A stretch of DNA of 50,294 nt, filler included, from Circinaria calcarea (Eukaryota), in assembly GCA_051942165.1 (NCBI GenBank). It is 2 parts of 2 records of this genome, joined end to end, with 100 filler letters (N's around TTAATTAATTAA, not from the genome) between each part and the next. Parts side by side here need not be neighbours in the genome. Positions count along the whole stretch, not along the records: positions 25,214 to 50,294 come from JAVECS010000097.1; 1 more part is not named here. One strand, given 5' to 3'. The notes under the pieces are model-generated. The model was given only the letters and a program-made list of their open reading frames with translations. It had not been told where the DNA came from and ran no database searches. Below are positions 31,784 to 41,412 of the stretch, piece by piece (positions within the stretch are counted from its first letter, which is position 1; each line of letters begins with the position of its first letter). The position numbers and the translations under genes were made by a program.

Positions 31784-34398
31784 CGCCACCTCTTATCCTT
31801 CTCCTCCTCGCCGCCATACATGAAGCTTCTCCTCCTCGCAGCCTTCGACGTCGCACCTCCTTCTCTCCCGTCACTCACAACCCGGTTTCCAGCCACGCTC
31901 TCCCTCCCGCTGACGGCTCGCCCCGTCGGTTGGGGCAGCATACTGATCCGCCTCCCAGCCGCCATCGCGGTAGCTGGCCGCGGCAACTTCGGCCGCACGG
32001 AGGGAGAATGACTTTCTTCTCGGACCGGTTCTGGCAGGTCGGGGAGTGGGTCCAGTTTGAGCCCGTTGGGTATGATGCTCTGACGTCTGTACTGAGTGCT
32101 GGGGAGTCGGGAAGCGGGTGTTTGCGGACGCAGCCGGGTACGAGGGAGATCGATGCTATCCTGCGTGGAGCGGGCAGGCGAGGGAGAGGTATGTCGGCGT
32201 TGACTGGAAGTCAAAGGCTTCTGATTCGAGGACGGCTTACGGGATCGTGATTGCGAAGTCGCCGACGGAGCTGGGGAAGCTGAGAACTCGCGGGCTAGGG
32301 GGCTAGGTAGAGGCACGTTGGATGTGTAGGAAGCATTGCGGAGGGTGCGGTTTGAGTAGATGTTCTTAGCGTGGGGTGACGGGGTTGTCAAAGACAAGGG
32401 TTTGAAATTATGACCGATGGTAGAATAATCGATTTTGGGACTGGAGTTCCAGCGAGGTTTGCTATCAGAGGTGAGCATACTTGGACGTGGAGCGCGACCG
32501 CTTGGGGTAGGAGTTGATCGGTAGGGGGAGCAGTCACGGATTGTAGAGCCTGAGCTCGTTGTGACTGATCTTGGTGTTGGTGTGTTGTTGGGAAGACGAC
32601 GAGATGCTGCAGAGTTTGCTGGCATTGTGAAGTTACGCCCCACGGTGGAATGGTGCGAAGATGACGTTGAAATTATACTATCTCGGCGACTCGGTCCATT
32701 GAGATATGGAGTTGAGGGATCTCCCTTGCCATTTGATGGACCCATGACGACCGAAGAGGCAGGAGAGCTACCAGGGGTGTTGAGAGCACTACCTGCAAAG
32801 GATCTGTCGTTAGAGACTATTGTTGAAATTGAATCACGGAACTGTTGGTTTCTGCGCATGTGCATGTCATTCAATGCCAAGTCCAGGTCTGTAATTTCTG
32901 CCTCCAGTGCTGACCACATTGCTTGCGTATCTGCATGCAATCGTAATATCTCCCCATTGACAGTCAGACGATCATTGACACCTTTTTCGATGATGGCCAG
33001 TACTCTTTGTATAGCTGGCCCATAGTGTGTCTTCTTAGCCTCGTAGCTCTCCACTTTCTTTGCAAGCGCCGGAGGGTTACTATGCTGCATCCCGATATCA
33101 ATAGCCTCTTGTAGCTTGCTGATGCTGCGTTCCACCGACTCACACATCTTCTGGGCCTGTCTTCCAGCATTTCTGAATACCAAAACCCAACGATCTTCGC
33201 CCAGTTCACGTCGGAGTCCTTCAGCATCGGCCTCGAGTTTCTTCCAACTCTTCTCGAGACTTTGGCGTCTACTTTCGAGCTCAGCGCATGCTGTTGGGAG
33301 GATACTTTCCGCCCTAGATTGAAAGGTTGATAGTCGCATTGGGAGAAAATCCAGAGAGGCTCGCAGAGGTTGCATTCGGGCAAAGAGTGCGAGAAGATTG
33401 GAATCTTCCTGTGGCGAAGGAATCTTCGGTGACTGGATAGGAGAGCTGGCCGGAAACGCAGGCGGTAGACTGAAGCGGTGATTTACTCGGGTAGTAGAAG
33501 CAGCGCCCATTGGTGACTCTTCGACAATAGTCTCCAGTTCCTGGATGTCTAACCCTGCGGTACCTTCAACGATAGGATCTGTTGATAGAGCCCTGTGTCT
33601 CTTTTCCTCCATCTCAAATACCAGCCTACCAAGATTCTCCATCTCAAGACCAATATCTCCAAGGACGGTACCCCACAACTCTTCCCACTCCATTGCAAGC
33701 TCGACTTGCTCTTTGACCCCCTTCAGTAATCTCCTCACATTCTCCCACTCAACCAGAGTAAACTCCATCTGATCAACGACATCCCTTAGATTACCTACCG
33801 GCACCTCCAATACATCATGTCTCTGCTGCAATTCTTCAATGGCTGTGACATAGACCTTTACCAGGCTTTCGAATTTGCCAATGGCAGCGTCGACCTCTCC
33901 TAGGCCCTCCCTACCGCCAGCAGCAGCCCACTCGACGTCGTCTTCTGCATTTAGACCCCGAAGGACCTCTGCAGCCTTTTGTATCCACTGCTGGATCTGA
34001 GCGGCTGCATGGGTGAGGGCATTGACGGCGCCAGCGGCGGTAGGTACCGCAACTATACTAGACGAAAGCGATGATGCTTGTGGTAAGTGAAGTGAGGTCA
34101 ACTGGGAGAGCTGGCTGGAGAAGGAGGCGCGAGATAGAGTATAGATCGAATTTGTCCTTGAAGAACGCAATGGACTGAAGAACGATTCAAGATCGCTGGG
34201 GAGGGTGTTATCCAGAGGTGGATTATCCTTTAGTGGAGGCGAGGGTGGTCCATTGTCTTCACAATAGGTAGGAGGAGAGCTTTCGAAATTGGTCGCACTG
34301 CGCTGAAGATATGTCTGTTCTGGCCTTCTGGACTCATGAACGCGTTGGTGCATACCCGAAAGCCTATCGCCGGCCATACTTCTGTTATTTACCAACAT
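31780..34398 (-). CDS. KAR9: Kar9/MigA-family microtubule guidance protein
   Basis: Single 872-aa ORF. Helical core (QVELAMEWEELW..LVFEMEEKRH, LLALFARMQPLRASLDFLPMRL, ELGEDRWVLVFRNAGRQA) followed by a basic Ser/Pro/Arg-rich tail with SxIP-like motifs (SRLP, SIIP, SMLP). Confidence 0.85.
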   Translation of the reverse strand: MLVNNRSMAGDRLSGMHQRVHESRRPEQTYLQRSATNFESSPPTYCEDNGPPSPPLKDNPPLDNTLPSDLESFFSPLRSSRTNSIYTLSRASFSSQLSQLTSLHLPQASSLSSSIVAVPTAAGAVNALTHAAAQIQQWIQKAAEVLRGLNAEDDVEWAAAGGREGLGEVDAAIGKFESLVKVYVTAIEELQQRHDVLEVPVGNLRDVVDQMEFTLVEWENVRRLLKGVKEQVELAMEWEELWGTVLGDIGLEMENLGRLVFEMEEKRHRALSTDPIVEGTAGLDIQELETIVEESPMGAASTTRVNHRFSLPPAFPASSPIQSPKIPSPQEDSNLLALFARMQPLRASLDFLPMRLSTFQSRAESILPTACAELESRRQSLEKSWKKLEADAEGLRRELGEDRWVLVFRNAGRQAQKMCESVERSISKLQEAIDIGMQHSNPPALAKKVESYEAKKTHYGPAIQRVLAIIEKGVNDRLTVNGEILRLHADTQAMWSALEAEITDLDLALNDMHMRRNQQFRDSISTIVSNDRSFAGSALNTPGSSPASSVVMGPSNGKGDPSTPYLNGPSRRDSIISTSSSHHSTVGRNFTMPANSAASRRLPNNTPTPRSVTTSSGSTIRDCSPYRSTPTPSGRAPRPSMLTSDSKPRWNSSPKIDYSTIGHNFKPLSLTTPSPHAKNIYSNRTLRNASYTSNVPLPSPLAREFSASPAPSATSQSRSRKPSSNQKPLTSSQRRHTSPSPARSTQDSIDLPRTRLRPQTPASRLPSTQYRRQSIIPNGLKLDPLPDLPEPVREESHSPSVRPKLPRPATAMAAGRRISMLPQPTGRAVSGRESVAGNRVVSDGREGGATSKAARRRSFMYGGEEEKDKRWR

Positions 34399-35326
34399 TT
34401 GACTTCCACTGCCCTTGGCGAAGTTCCTGGTGTATACTCCAAGCCTTGCGGTTTATTTACTCGGCGGGGTCGAATTCTTTGAAGGATGTGTGCTTCAATG
34501 CTATCCTATTCGCTCCTATTTACACTTTGCATTTCGGCCATCGACTATATCAGACAGTAAAGAGGCCTCAGGAGGGTTCGAGAGGAAGTTGGAATCGGTA
34601 CTTGTTTACCGACAAGATCTGGTCGTAAGATGTCTGTCGCTGAAAAACGGGGTATGTAGCTCCTCTTCCGCGTGTGATCCTGTACTGTAAGACAGCCCTG
34701 CCTGGTGATTTGCACTAAAAATCATGTGCAACACATTATTCCTGGTTTAGAGATCTCCATGGTTGATGGTGCGTGCGGAAAGTATCTTCAATCTCCGGTG
34801 GTTGAAGTAGGTGGCAGTCGGGGATTGTTCGTTACTCGGCAACCGGAGATAGAAAACGCGGGTATCTGACGCGTTGATATGAAACCTATCAAAAGCTACC
34901 TCAAGAATACAAAGTATTTCGAACATGTATTACGATGATAGGGTGTCTGTATGACTCAGTAGTGATGTTTCTCCCACAGACACGGATCCATTTCATTCGC
35001 GCCGAGCTGATTTATAGATGGTACCTCATGTGTTTGTTGACGTGCAATGGGCTATAGCATGTTTGTTTCATGTTGCAGCCCCAGCATCCAAGATGGTCAT
35101 TTCTTAGGTAGTCGAAATCTACCGTACTTACCATGGTTATTCTGAAGCCAACTTTCAAACTCCAACACGAGAGAGAGCATACAAATTGGGGGTATCTAAA
35201 CTCCGTAAAAAAGCAGCAGCGCGATGATGTGGCAAGATCTGACCCAATTAACCAGCATATTCCCCGTTCCATCCTCTTATCAGTGCTCCACGCCTTACGT
35301 CCTCCCTGTTGTATAGCGTTTGATCA

Positions 35327-36871
35327 TCATGGCAGGATTTCCGGCGCTGCAATCGGTACTTGAACAGAGCCCTGCTTCCACTCTTTAGTAACCTCCTCTC
35401 GCACAGCTTGACACCATGCCAAGATCGCAGCATCGAACCCTCTCCATGCTGCGTCGGAGGTCCCATAAACAACCCCCATGACATCAACCTGCAGCTTAAT
35501 CTCCCACCTAATCTCAGCTGCTTTGATCCAGTATCGGAGATTTTCAGCCGCTCGATAAGGCTTTGCTGTGTCGGTATGGAAGACCTTTATCTCGCCGAGA
35601 TGTCTCTTTGTTTTCTTCAATATCCTATTGTGCAAGGCGACCAAGGTAAGGCCGCTGCGGAGCTCCTCGAGAAACGCGGTAGGCAATGGATCACCGTTTG
35701 ATGGCGGCGACCATTGTGGTAAATCTCCGCCGGTAATAAAGGTATTCATAAAGAGCCTCTCCCGCTCTCGATCTGCAATCTCCCACTCTCCCTCAAGCCA
35801 TCGCCAATTCTTCCGGTCCTTCTTCTCTTGCTCCTCAATTGTCTGCTCCGTGGCCAATAACTGTCTTACATTGTGCGCCCAATCTTCAATAACTTGTAAT
35901 TCTTCGCCCTTCATTCCACCAGCGAAATGACGATTCGCCATTCGCTTCAGTACATCCAGCACTCCAAGTAACTCTTCGCGGACCTGCTTTTCGGGTTTGA
36001 TTGTTGCTAAGCGTTGAGGGTGTTCGTGCATGGTGTAGTAAACCTTTGCTGCTCGTATGGCTAGTGTGACAACGTCCAGCATATGCATACCTTGAAGCTC
36101 ATGCCACCCTTTGTCAGACGACGATCTACTCGACTGATTCTCCCCGCCCTGGTCGTCGGAGTCGGTTTGATTTGATAAGTTACCGTCGTTCCCCTGCCGA
36201 TCATCGCAAGTCCGGGGATGACTCTGTCCCTCGCGTAAAGCATTATCGACGTCAACCAAGGCCTTTCGTAGATCCTCGACCAGCGCTTCCGAGTCAGGTG
36301 GCGGTGGAATATACTGAGTCCTGTGGCTGTAGGTGCTCACTGTCGGTGGAAGCATCAGAGGTTCATCCCACTCGGGAGTGAAGAAACCTTCGTCAGTTGG
36401 GCTAGCCATAAGATCGCCTCCAAGCTGACCGGAGAATAACGAGTCGGCATCATCTGATGGACTGTCCATTGAGATCTTGGAGATTCCGCTTAGTTTCCTT
36501 CCTTCCTTTGCCATCCGACCGCCTTTACCGTCCAATATTCCAGTCCGAGCGAAGTAATACTGAAGATGGGCGATACTGCCCAAATTCATCACGCTGTCTC
36601 TATTTCTCGCCGAGTCCGCGAATGAGGCGCCTTGCGGTCGTACATAACCCCGTCGTCGGGACACAGCGGAGCCTGAAGAAGAGCGGGATGGTGTAGATCG
36701 GCTAGAGAAGGTTGAGACTGAGGAAATGTCCGAGAAGCATCGTCCCAGTGGTGGACAGGCTGACAATGCGGGGATAGGAGAGATGGAGGGAGACGGAGAG
36801 GAATCTCTGGTGAATGGCGAAGAGGGTGAGACTGAATCGTGATCCTGTACTTTGGGCGATGGGCTAGCCAT
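35327..36871 (-). CDS. Conserved fungal hypothetical protein with a C-terminal calponin-homology-like segment
   Basis: Intronless ORF from MASPSPK. Conserved-looking blocks SVMNLGSIAHLQYYFARTG, LPPTVSTY, LDVVTLAIRAAKVYY, FLEELRSGLTLVALHN..PYRAAENLRYWIKAAEIRW. Confidence 0.8.
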   Translation of the reverse strand: MASPSPKVQDHDSVSPSSPFTRDSSPSPSISPIPALSACPPLGRCFSDISSVSTFSSRSTPSRSSSGSAVSRRRGYVRPQGASFADSARNRDSVMNLGSIAHLQYYFARTGILDGKGGRMAKEGRKLSGISKISMDSPSDDADSLFSGQLGGDLMASPTDEGFFTPEWDEPLMLPPTVSTYSHRTQYIPPPPDSEALVEDLRKALVDVDNALREGQSHPRTCDDRQGNDGNLSNQTDSDDQGGENQSSRSSSDKGWHELQGMHMLDVVTLAIRAAKVYYTMHEHPQRLATIKPEKQVREELLGVLDVLKRMANRHFAGGMKGEELQVIEDWAHNVRQLLATEQTIEEQEKKDRKNWRWLEGEWEIADRERERLFMNTFITGGDLPQWSPPSNGDPLPTAFLEELRSGLTLVALHNRILKKTKRHLGEIKVFHTDTAKPYRAAENLRYWIKAAEIRWEIKLQVDVMGVVYGTSDAAWRGFDAAILAWCQAVREEVTKEWKQGSVQVPIAAPEILP

Positions 36872-37546
36872 AGCGAAAGTTCGGAAGCTCTTATCACAAC
36901 ACAATCAAGATAACACACACAGTAGTACCCCAGAAGTACTCGCCTAGTGATGAGCAGCAACGGGAAAAGCTGGGGCTTTGTATTAGAAGAGTTGGGGAAT
37001 TTTACTGTTGGATGTCAGATGTCAGAGGGCAACATTATTACTGTACCTTAGGTTGCATTCCCTCGATCAGGGTGGGAACACCTGGCAGGGCTGAAGATTG
37101 CAGGGTTTCGCGGTCGACTAGCTCACGTCGGATGTTTACTATACTATGGTACATCGGACGCGTTGAAGGCCTCCAATCATAAACATGCACGTAATTCTCT
37201 CCAGCCTCTTCTGCAGACAGAATTGGTTCAGGTACCAATCTGACCAAAGCGACCTCGTACACCAAATTTCGGGAAGCCTACTCCGTACGGAGAAAGAGAC
37301 CGGAAATAGGGAGGCAGTGGACTGTGGAAACCCCCGGGGCTGCTCTGTTTGCCATGTTTGGACATTAAGATTAAGGTTAAGGCTGACTTCGGGTAGTTCG
37401 CTCATAATTACGTCAAACCCGCCAGGGGGTGACTGGGACGCCCTTCCACAATTGTAACAAACCTACCGTGGGTGTTAAATTGCCATCCCCTCCTTAAATC
37501 AGACATCAATAAGACTATTCCAAGTACGACTCTTAATCCGTACACA

Positions 37547-38042
37547 ATGTCGAAGCGTGTAGGGAAAATCAATGCCCCTCCAGCGTGGTTAAATGAGCTA
37601 ACAAAGAGACTGGGTTAGATCTACTTTAAAGTCCACGGTGAAGTGCAGGGTTCGGCAAAACACTGAATGATAACGCAATCATCCTGCTGATATGTAACGT
37701 AGGTGTAAATTTTCGGTATACCAACCGACAATACAGAGATTCCGCTTCGTTTAACTAAATTCCCCAAAGCTCCTTTGTCCAGAAGAAAGCGTCCGCGTAC
37801 AACTTGACGGGCTGGGTGAGTAACACCTCGAACGAAAAGGTGGGTTCTGCCCCAGGCGTAGGTAGTATCGCTGCCCCCTTAGTAATCCTTCGCAGGTCGA
37901 GGGCGAGGCTCAGGGGGACGATGAGTCCATTCAGAAGCTGTTGAAGGACCTGAATAGTGGACCTTCGGCAGCTCATGTAGTCAAGGTGGAGAAGTCGGAG
38001 AAGGAGACGCAGGAGGGCGAGAGTTCATTCAACGTCAAATAG
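37547..38042 (+). CDS. ACYP: Acylphosphatase
   Basis: Five exons (37547-37558, 37619-37649, 37703-37715, 37770-37839, 37896-38042) give MSKRIYFKVHGEVQGVNFRSFVQKKA..LTGWVSNT..VEGEAQG..GPSAAHV..SFNVK*; catalytic Arg and Asn present. Missed by the ORF track. Confidence 0.93.
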
Positions 38043-38442
38043 GAATGATTTACCCAAGTATAGGGCGACTATAACCCATTTCTCGAATGCGTCTCGTTTG
38101 TCTGTCCCACACGTCCTTCACCGAGTTCATCTTCTCAAGTTCTTTGCGATCCAGTCTCGTGCTAACAGATTGATAACATCTACTATCGCTGTAGTAGCCG
38201 GTGGTAATCTAGAGACGATTATTCTCTGATGTGCCTTCTTCGTTCACCAAGCCGTTCCTTCCGAATTCCTCTCCATGTGATGTGCGAAACCAAGAGTAAA
38301 ACAGAAATCAGTCTTGACTTCGAGTATTCCACTCCTTAAGCCAAGCTTTATTCCTCATCGCGGCCACATCAAAACATCTCTCATTAAGCATACTGACAGT
38401 TACATCACATCATCGAGCATCTAGACATTGTCACTGGTCAAC

Positions 38443-40071
38443 ATGCCTTTCAAAGTTGCAGTCTGCGGATCGGGCTTGACCGGACTCACTTTTGCGAACT
38501 GCCTCCTCAAGCATGCTAGCCCAGACCACGATTTGGAGTTGAGGCTCTTCACCGCCACAGCCAACAAGCGTCAACACCGTTCCCCCGGTTCGCAGGTCTC
38601 AATTGGAGGAATGGGGTTCTCCTCTTTACAAAGAGCTTTGCCGGCGAAAGTCTATGCTGCTGTCGAACGCGACAGGGGTTTGAACAAGTCATATAGCCAA
38701 ACTTTCCTGGTCAGGCACACCGACTATGGGAACAAAGAAGGCTTTATGCCAGATGCTGATGGGGAAAGGAAAACACCAATGAACCGACCACTACTTCGGG
38801 ACCAGCTTTATGAGACTTTAGGGGCTTACTCCAGTGATATCATCCAGCACAACAAAAAGTACTCCTCATTTCGTATCCTCGAGAACAACTCTGTCGAGCT
38901 TCGCTTCATAGATAGTATCACATACTTCCCTGATTTGATAATTGATGCAACAGGAGCAGAATCCCATCTTATCGATGACCTTGGATTAGAGAACCAGGAT
39001 ACCGAAAAGAAGATGATAATCGTCGGTGGCGGGCCCATGCCAACCGGGTTGAACAGGCTTCATGGTGACCTTTCCGGTGGCGGGTTCCCTAAGGAAAGTA
39101 TCGACGACGGTGCCATTTTTGCGACTGATGAGTCAGGGGCCACCGGCTTCTTCCTAGTGAGTGAACGTACCAGCTTTGCGAACCACGACACTGGCTACTA
39201 TGTTTTCTCGTTCCCACTGGCATGTATTCCGGAGCTCTGGCGGTTCTGGGAGGGTGGCGAGACCTATGAACCGACGTCTGAAGAGTGGAAGGGCTTTGTG
39301 ATCGATTACATGAAAGAACACAACTGGGGCCCGTTGGTGATGCCAATCATCGAGACTACACCATTCGGTGACACACAGGCCACGCTGGAGACCGCTGCCC
39401 GGCGACTCGCTCCCTACTGGAGGAAGAGCTTACAGGATGCTGCGCGAGTAGGTGCTGGGGGAGACAAGCGTCCTGGCCACGAGCGCATTTGGCTTCTGGG
39501 GGATGCGGCGCATACGATGCCCAGATCCTTGGGCGAGAACATGGATCATGCACTGGCAGATGCCGTCAACGCAGCAGCAGAAGTTCTTAAACTTTCTTTG
39601 GGTGTCAAGGGCAGGAAGGCAGCGCATATAGAGAGAATGATACTCGAAGCCTGTCTCCGTTACGAGTTAGCCTCGTGGCCGCAGGCATTCGATGCGCTGG
39701 AGGCATCCATGCAGAACCTTGAGATAACCACGGAATACATGTCGAGACGTACCGAGGATGCGCTAAGTGAGACCGTGGTCGGCAGTGCTGAGACAAGTCA
39801 GGTGGAAGCAAGTGGGGACGGGGCTTGTGAAGATGTGGGGGTATTAGAGGACATTGCAATGGAGAACATGGAGTTAGGACAAGGGCAGGTGGAGGATGAA
39901 GCCCCACCGACCATGGAAGGGGCAAATGAACATCGAGGAGATGAGTGGCATGACGACGAGGAATCTGAAACCGAGTATGGGGTACTACCTACGAGACGCT
40001 TACGCCTCTGGGATGACGGCGATCTATACAGTATACTTAGGACGCACTCGATACGCTTACATCAGGAGTAA
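38443..40071 (+). CDS. Divergent FAD-dependent (group A-like) monooxygenase with acidic C-terminal tail
   Basis: KVAVCGSGLTGL (GxGxxG), MNRPLLRDQL, DLIIDATGAES (altered DG motif), WLLGDAAHTM (GD motif); intronless. Confidence 0.8.
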   Translation: MPFKVAVCGSGLTGLTFANCLLKHASPDHDLELRLFTATANKRQHRSPGSQVSIGGMGFSSLQRALPAKVYAAVERDRGLNKSYSQTFLVRHTDYGNKEGFMPDADGERKTPMNRPLLRDQLYETLGAYSSDIIQHNKKYSSFRILENNSVELRFIDSITYFPDLIIDATGAESHLIDDLGLENQDTEKKMIIVGGGPMPTGLNRLHGDLSGGGFPKESIDDGAIFATDESGATGFFLVSERTSFANHDTGYYVFSFPLACIPELWRFWEGGETYEPTSEEWKGFVIDYMKEHNWGPLVMPIIETTPFGDTQATLETAARRLAPYWRKSLQDAARVGAGGDKRPGHERIWLLGDAAHTMPRSLGENMDHALADAVNAAAEVLKLSLGVKGRKAAHIERMILEACLRYELASWPQAFDALEASMQNLEITTEYMSRRTEDALSETVVGSAETSQVEASGDGACEDVGVLEDIAMENMELGQGQVEDEAPPTMEGANEHRGDEWHDDEESETEYGVLPTRRLRLWDDGDLYSILRTHSIRLHQE

Positions 40072-40241
40072 TCCGTCCTGAACTATCAAACCGCTGTTCC
40101 ATAAACGTACAACTTTTGTTTGGGTTCCTTTGCTAGGGGAAAACAACCATCGGAGTATGTTCAAAAGAACTGACCGACTCTTCGTATTGTACACCACAAC
40201 TCCGGCATTCGCGTTTATGCAAATCAGTTTCATACACTACT

Positions 40242-40939
40242 TTACTTCTTCTTCTGCAGGGCGTCCACTTTCTCCTCCAAGGTCGTGACATAGGAATGTA
40301 TCCTTTGAACCGCAGCCTGGAGAGCCTTGAGAGTATAGAATATATTAGCTTTCTAGTCTAGAGGAGGAAGTGTTGCAAAAGAGAGCAGTTTTGCTGCTGC
40401 TATTCTTTCTCTAGTACCATGTACGTATTCTATGATCATGGAAGTTGGTACAAAACATGATGCACCCAACGCCCCTGTATTTCTAGTGCTCCCTGTATCC
40501 CAATGCAGTCTATCCATTTTTATATGCGTCCCACAAGATCACACCTCGTACATGCAGAAGAAAAATTCGATCTAAATGCATAAACGTACATAAATGTCTT
40601 CGGTCAACAGCTCGTTGGACACTTTGTACTCCTCCAGGATGTAGTAGTACACGGCGGCGCCAGCCAGTGATGAGCCGAGCAGGAAGCCGAATAACCTATG
40701 TCACGCCCACCCCCCCAGTTAGCAATCTCTTCGAGATGAATGGTTACAGGAAAAGGGGTCAAGACTCACCCGCCGCGGAACGCGCCGACGGGTTTTCGGA
40801 GCGGCAAAGCTGCAGAAGGCGTCTCGTAGAGTGGGCGCGACGTGTGAAAGTGTCGAGAAGTGCGCAAGGGCAGATTTGTGGCCATGCGTGATGAGAGGGG
40901 GAGGGCGCGGAGAGAAGGGGTCAGGAGGCGAGACGCCAT
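40242..40939 (-). CDS. Small conserved fungal single-pass, probably mitochondrial membrane protein with C-terminal coiled coil
   Basis: Three exons: MASRLLTPSLRAL..RHFHTSRPL..RKPVGAFRGG|LFGFLLGSSLAGAAVYYYILEEYKVSNELLTEDIY|ALQAAVQRIHSYVTTLEEKVDALQKKK*; second intron 40326-40589. Missed by the ORF track. Confidence 0.85.
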
Positions 40940-41412
40940 GATGTGTATGGTTTGTGTACAGCGGAGGTTTGGTCAATGTCCTGCGGGTCGGAGAAGGTGG
41001 AGGTGGGTGAGTAATGTGAGAAGGGGTCGATTGGATCGGTGCGGTTCTGGGTTCAAGAGGATACCTTGAGGAGAAGTCGACATTGAAATTCTCGCGGGCT
41101 TAAAAAGTTACCATACTAGGCGACATACGCTAAGCCCTGTGGTCAGCTGCTAAAATCGCGGCCGTGAGATTGGGGCCGTGTTCTGTAACTTCACCTTTCC
41201 TCATTGAAACTTGTCAGGAGACCGGACATATAGTTTGTATCTCCTTACAGATTTAGCTATAGTCACTAAGCTCTAAAATCGTGGGTGAGCTATTAAAATT
41301 GCATAGATGGGACTATGGGCCGGTAACTAAGAGTATATAGGATATGTCCCAAGTCTCGGAAGACTTCCACAATGCTAGGGTATCATCTCATACTCCATAT
41401 CGTACCGCTTCG

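Noticed and set aside
31238..32011. ORFs of 100-191 aa in the low-complexity tract
   Set aside because: Explained by microsatellite composition and antisense overlap with KAR9.
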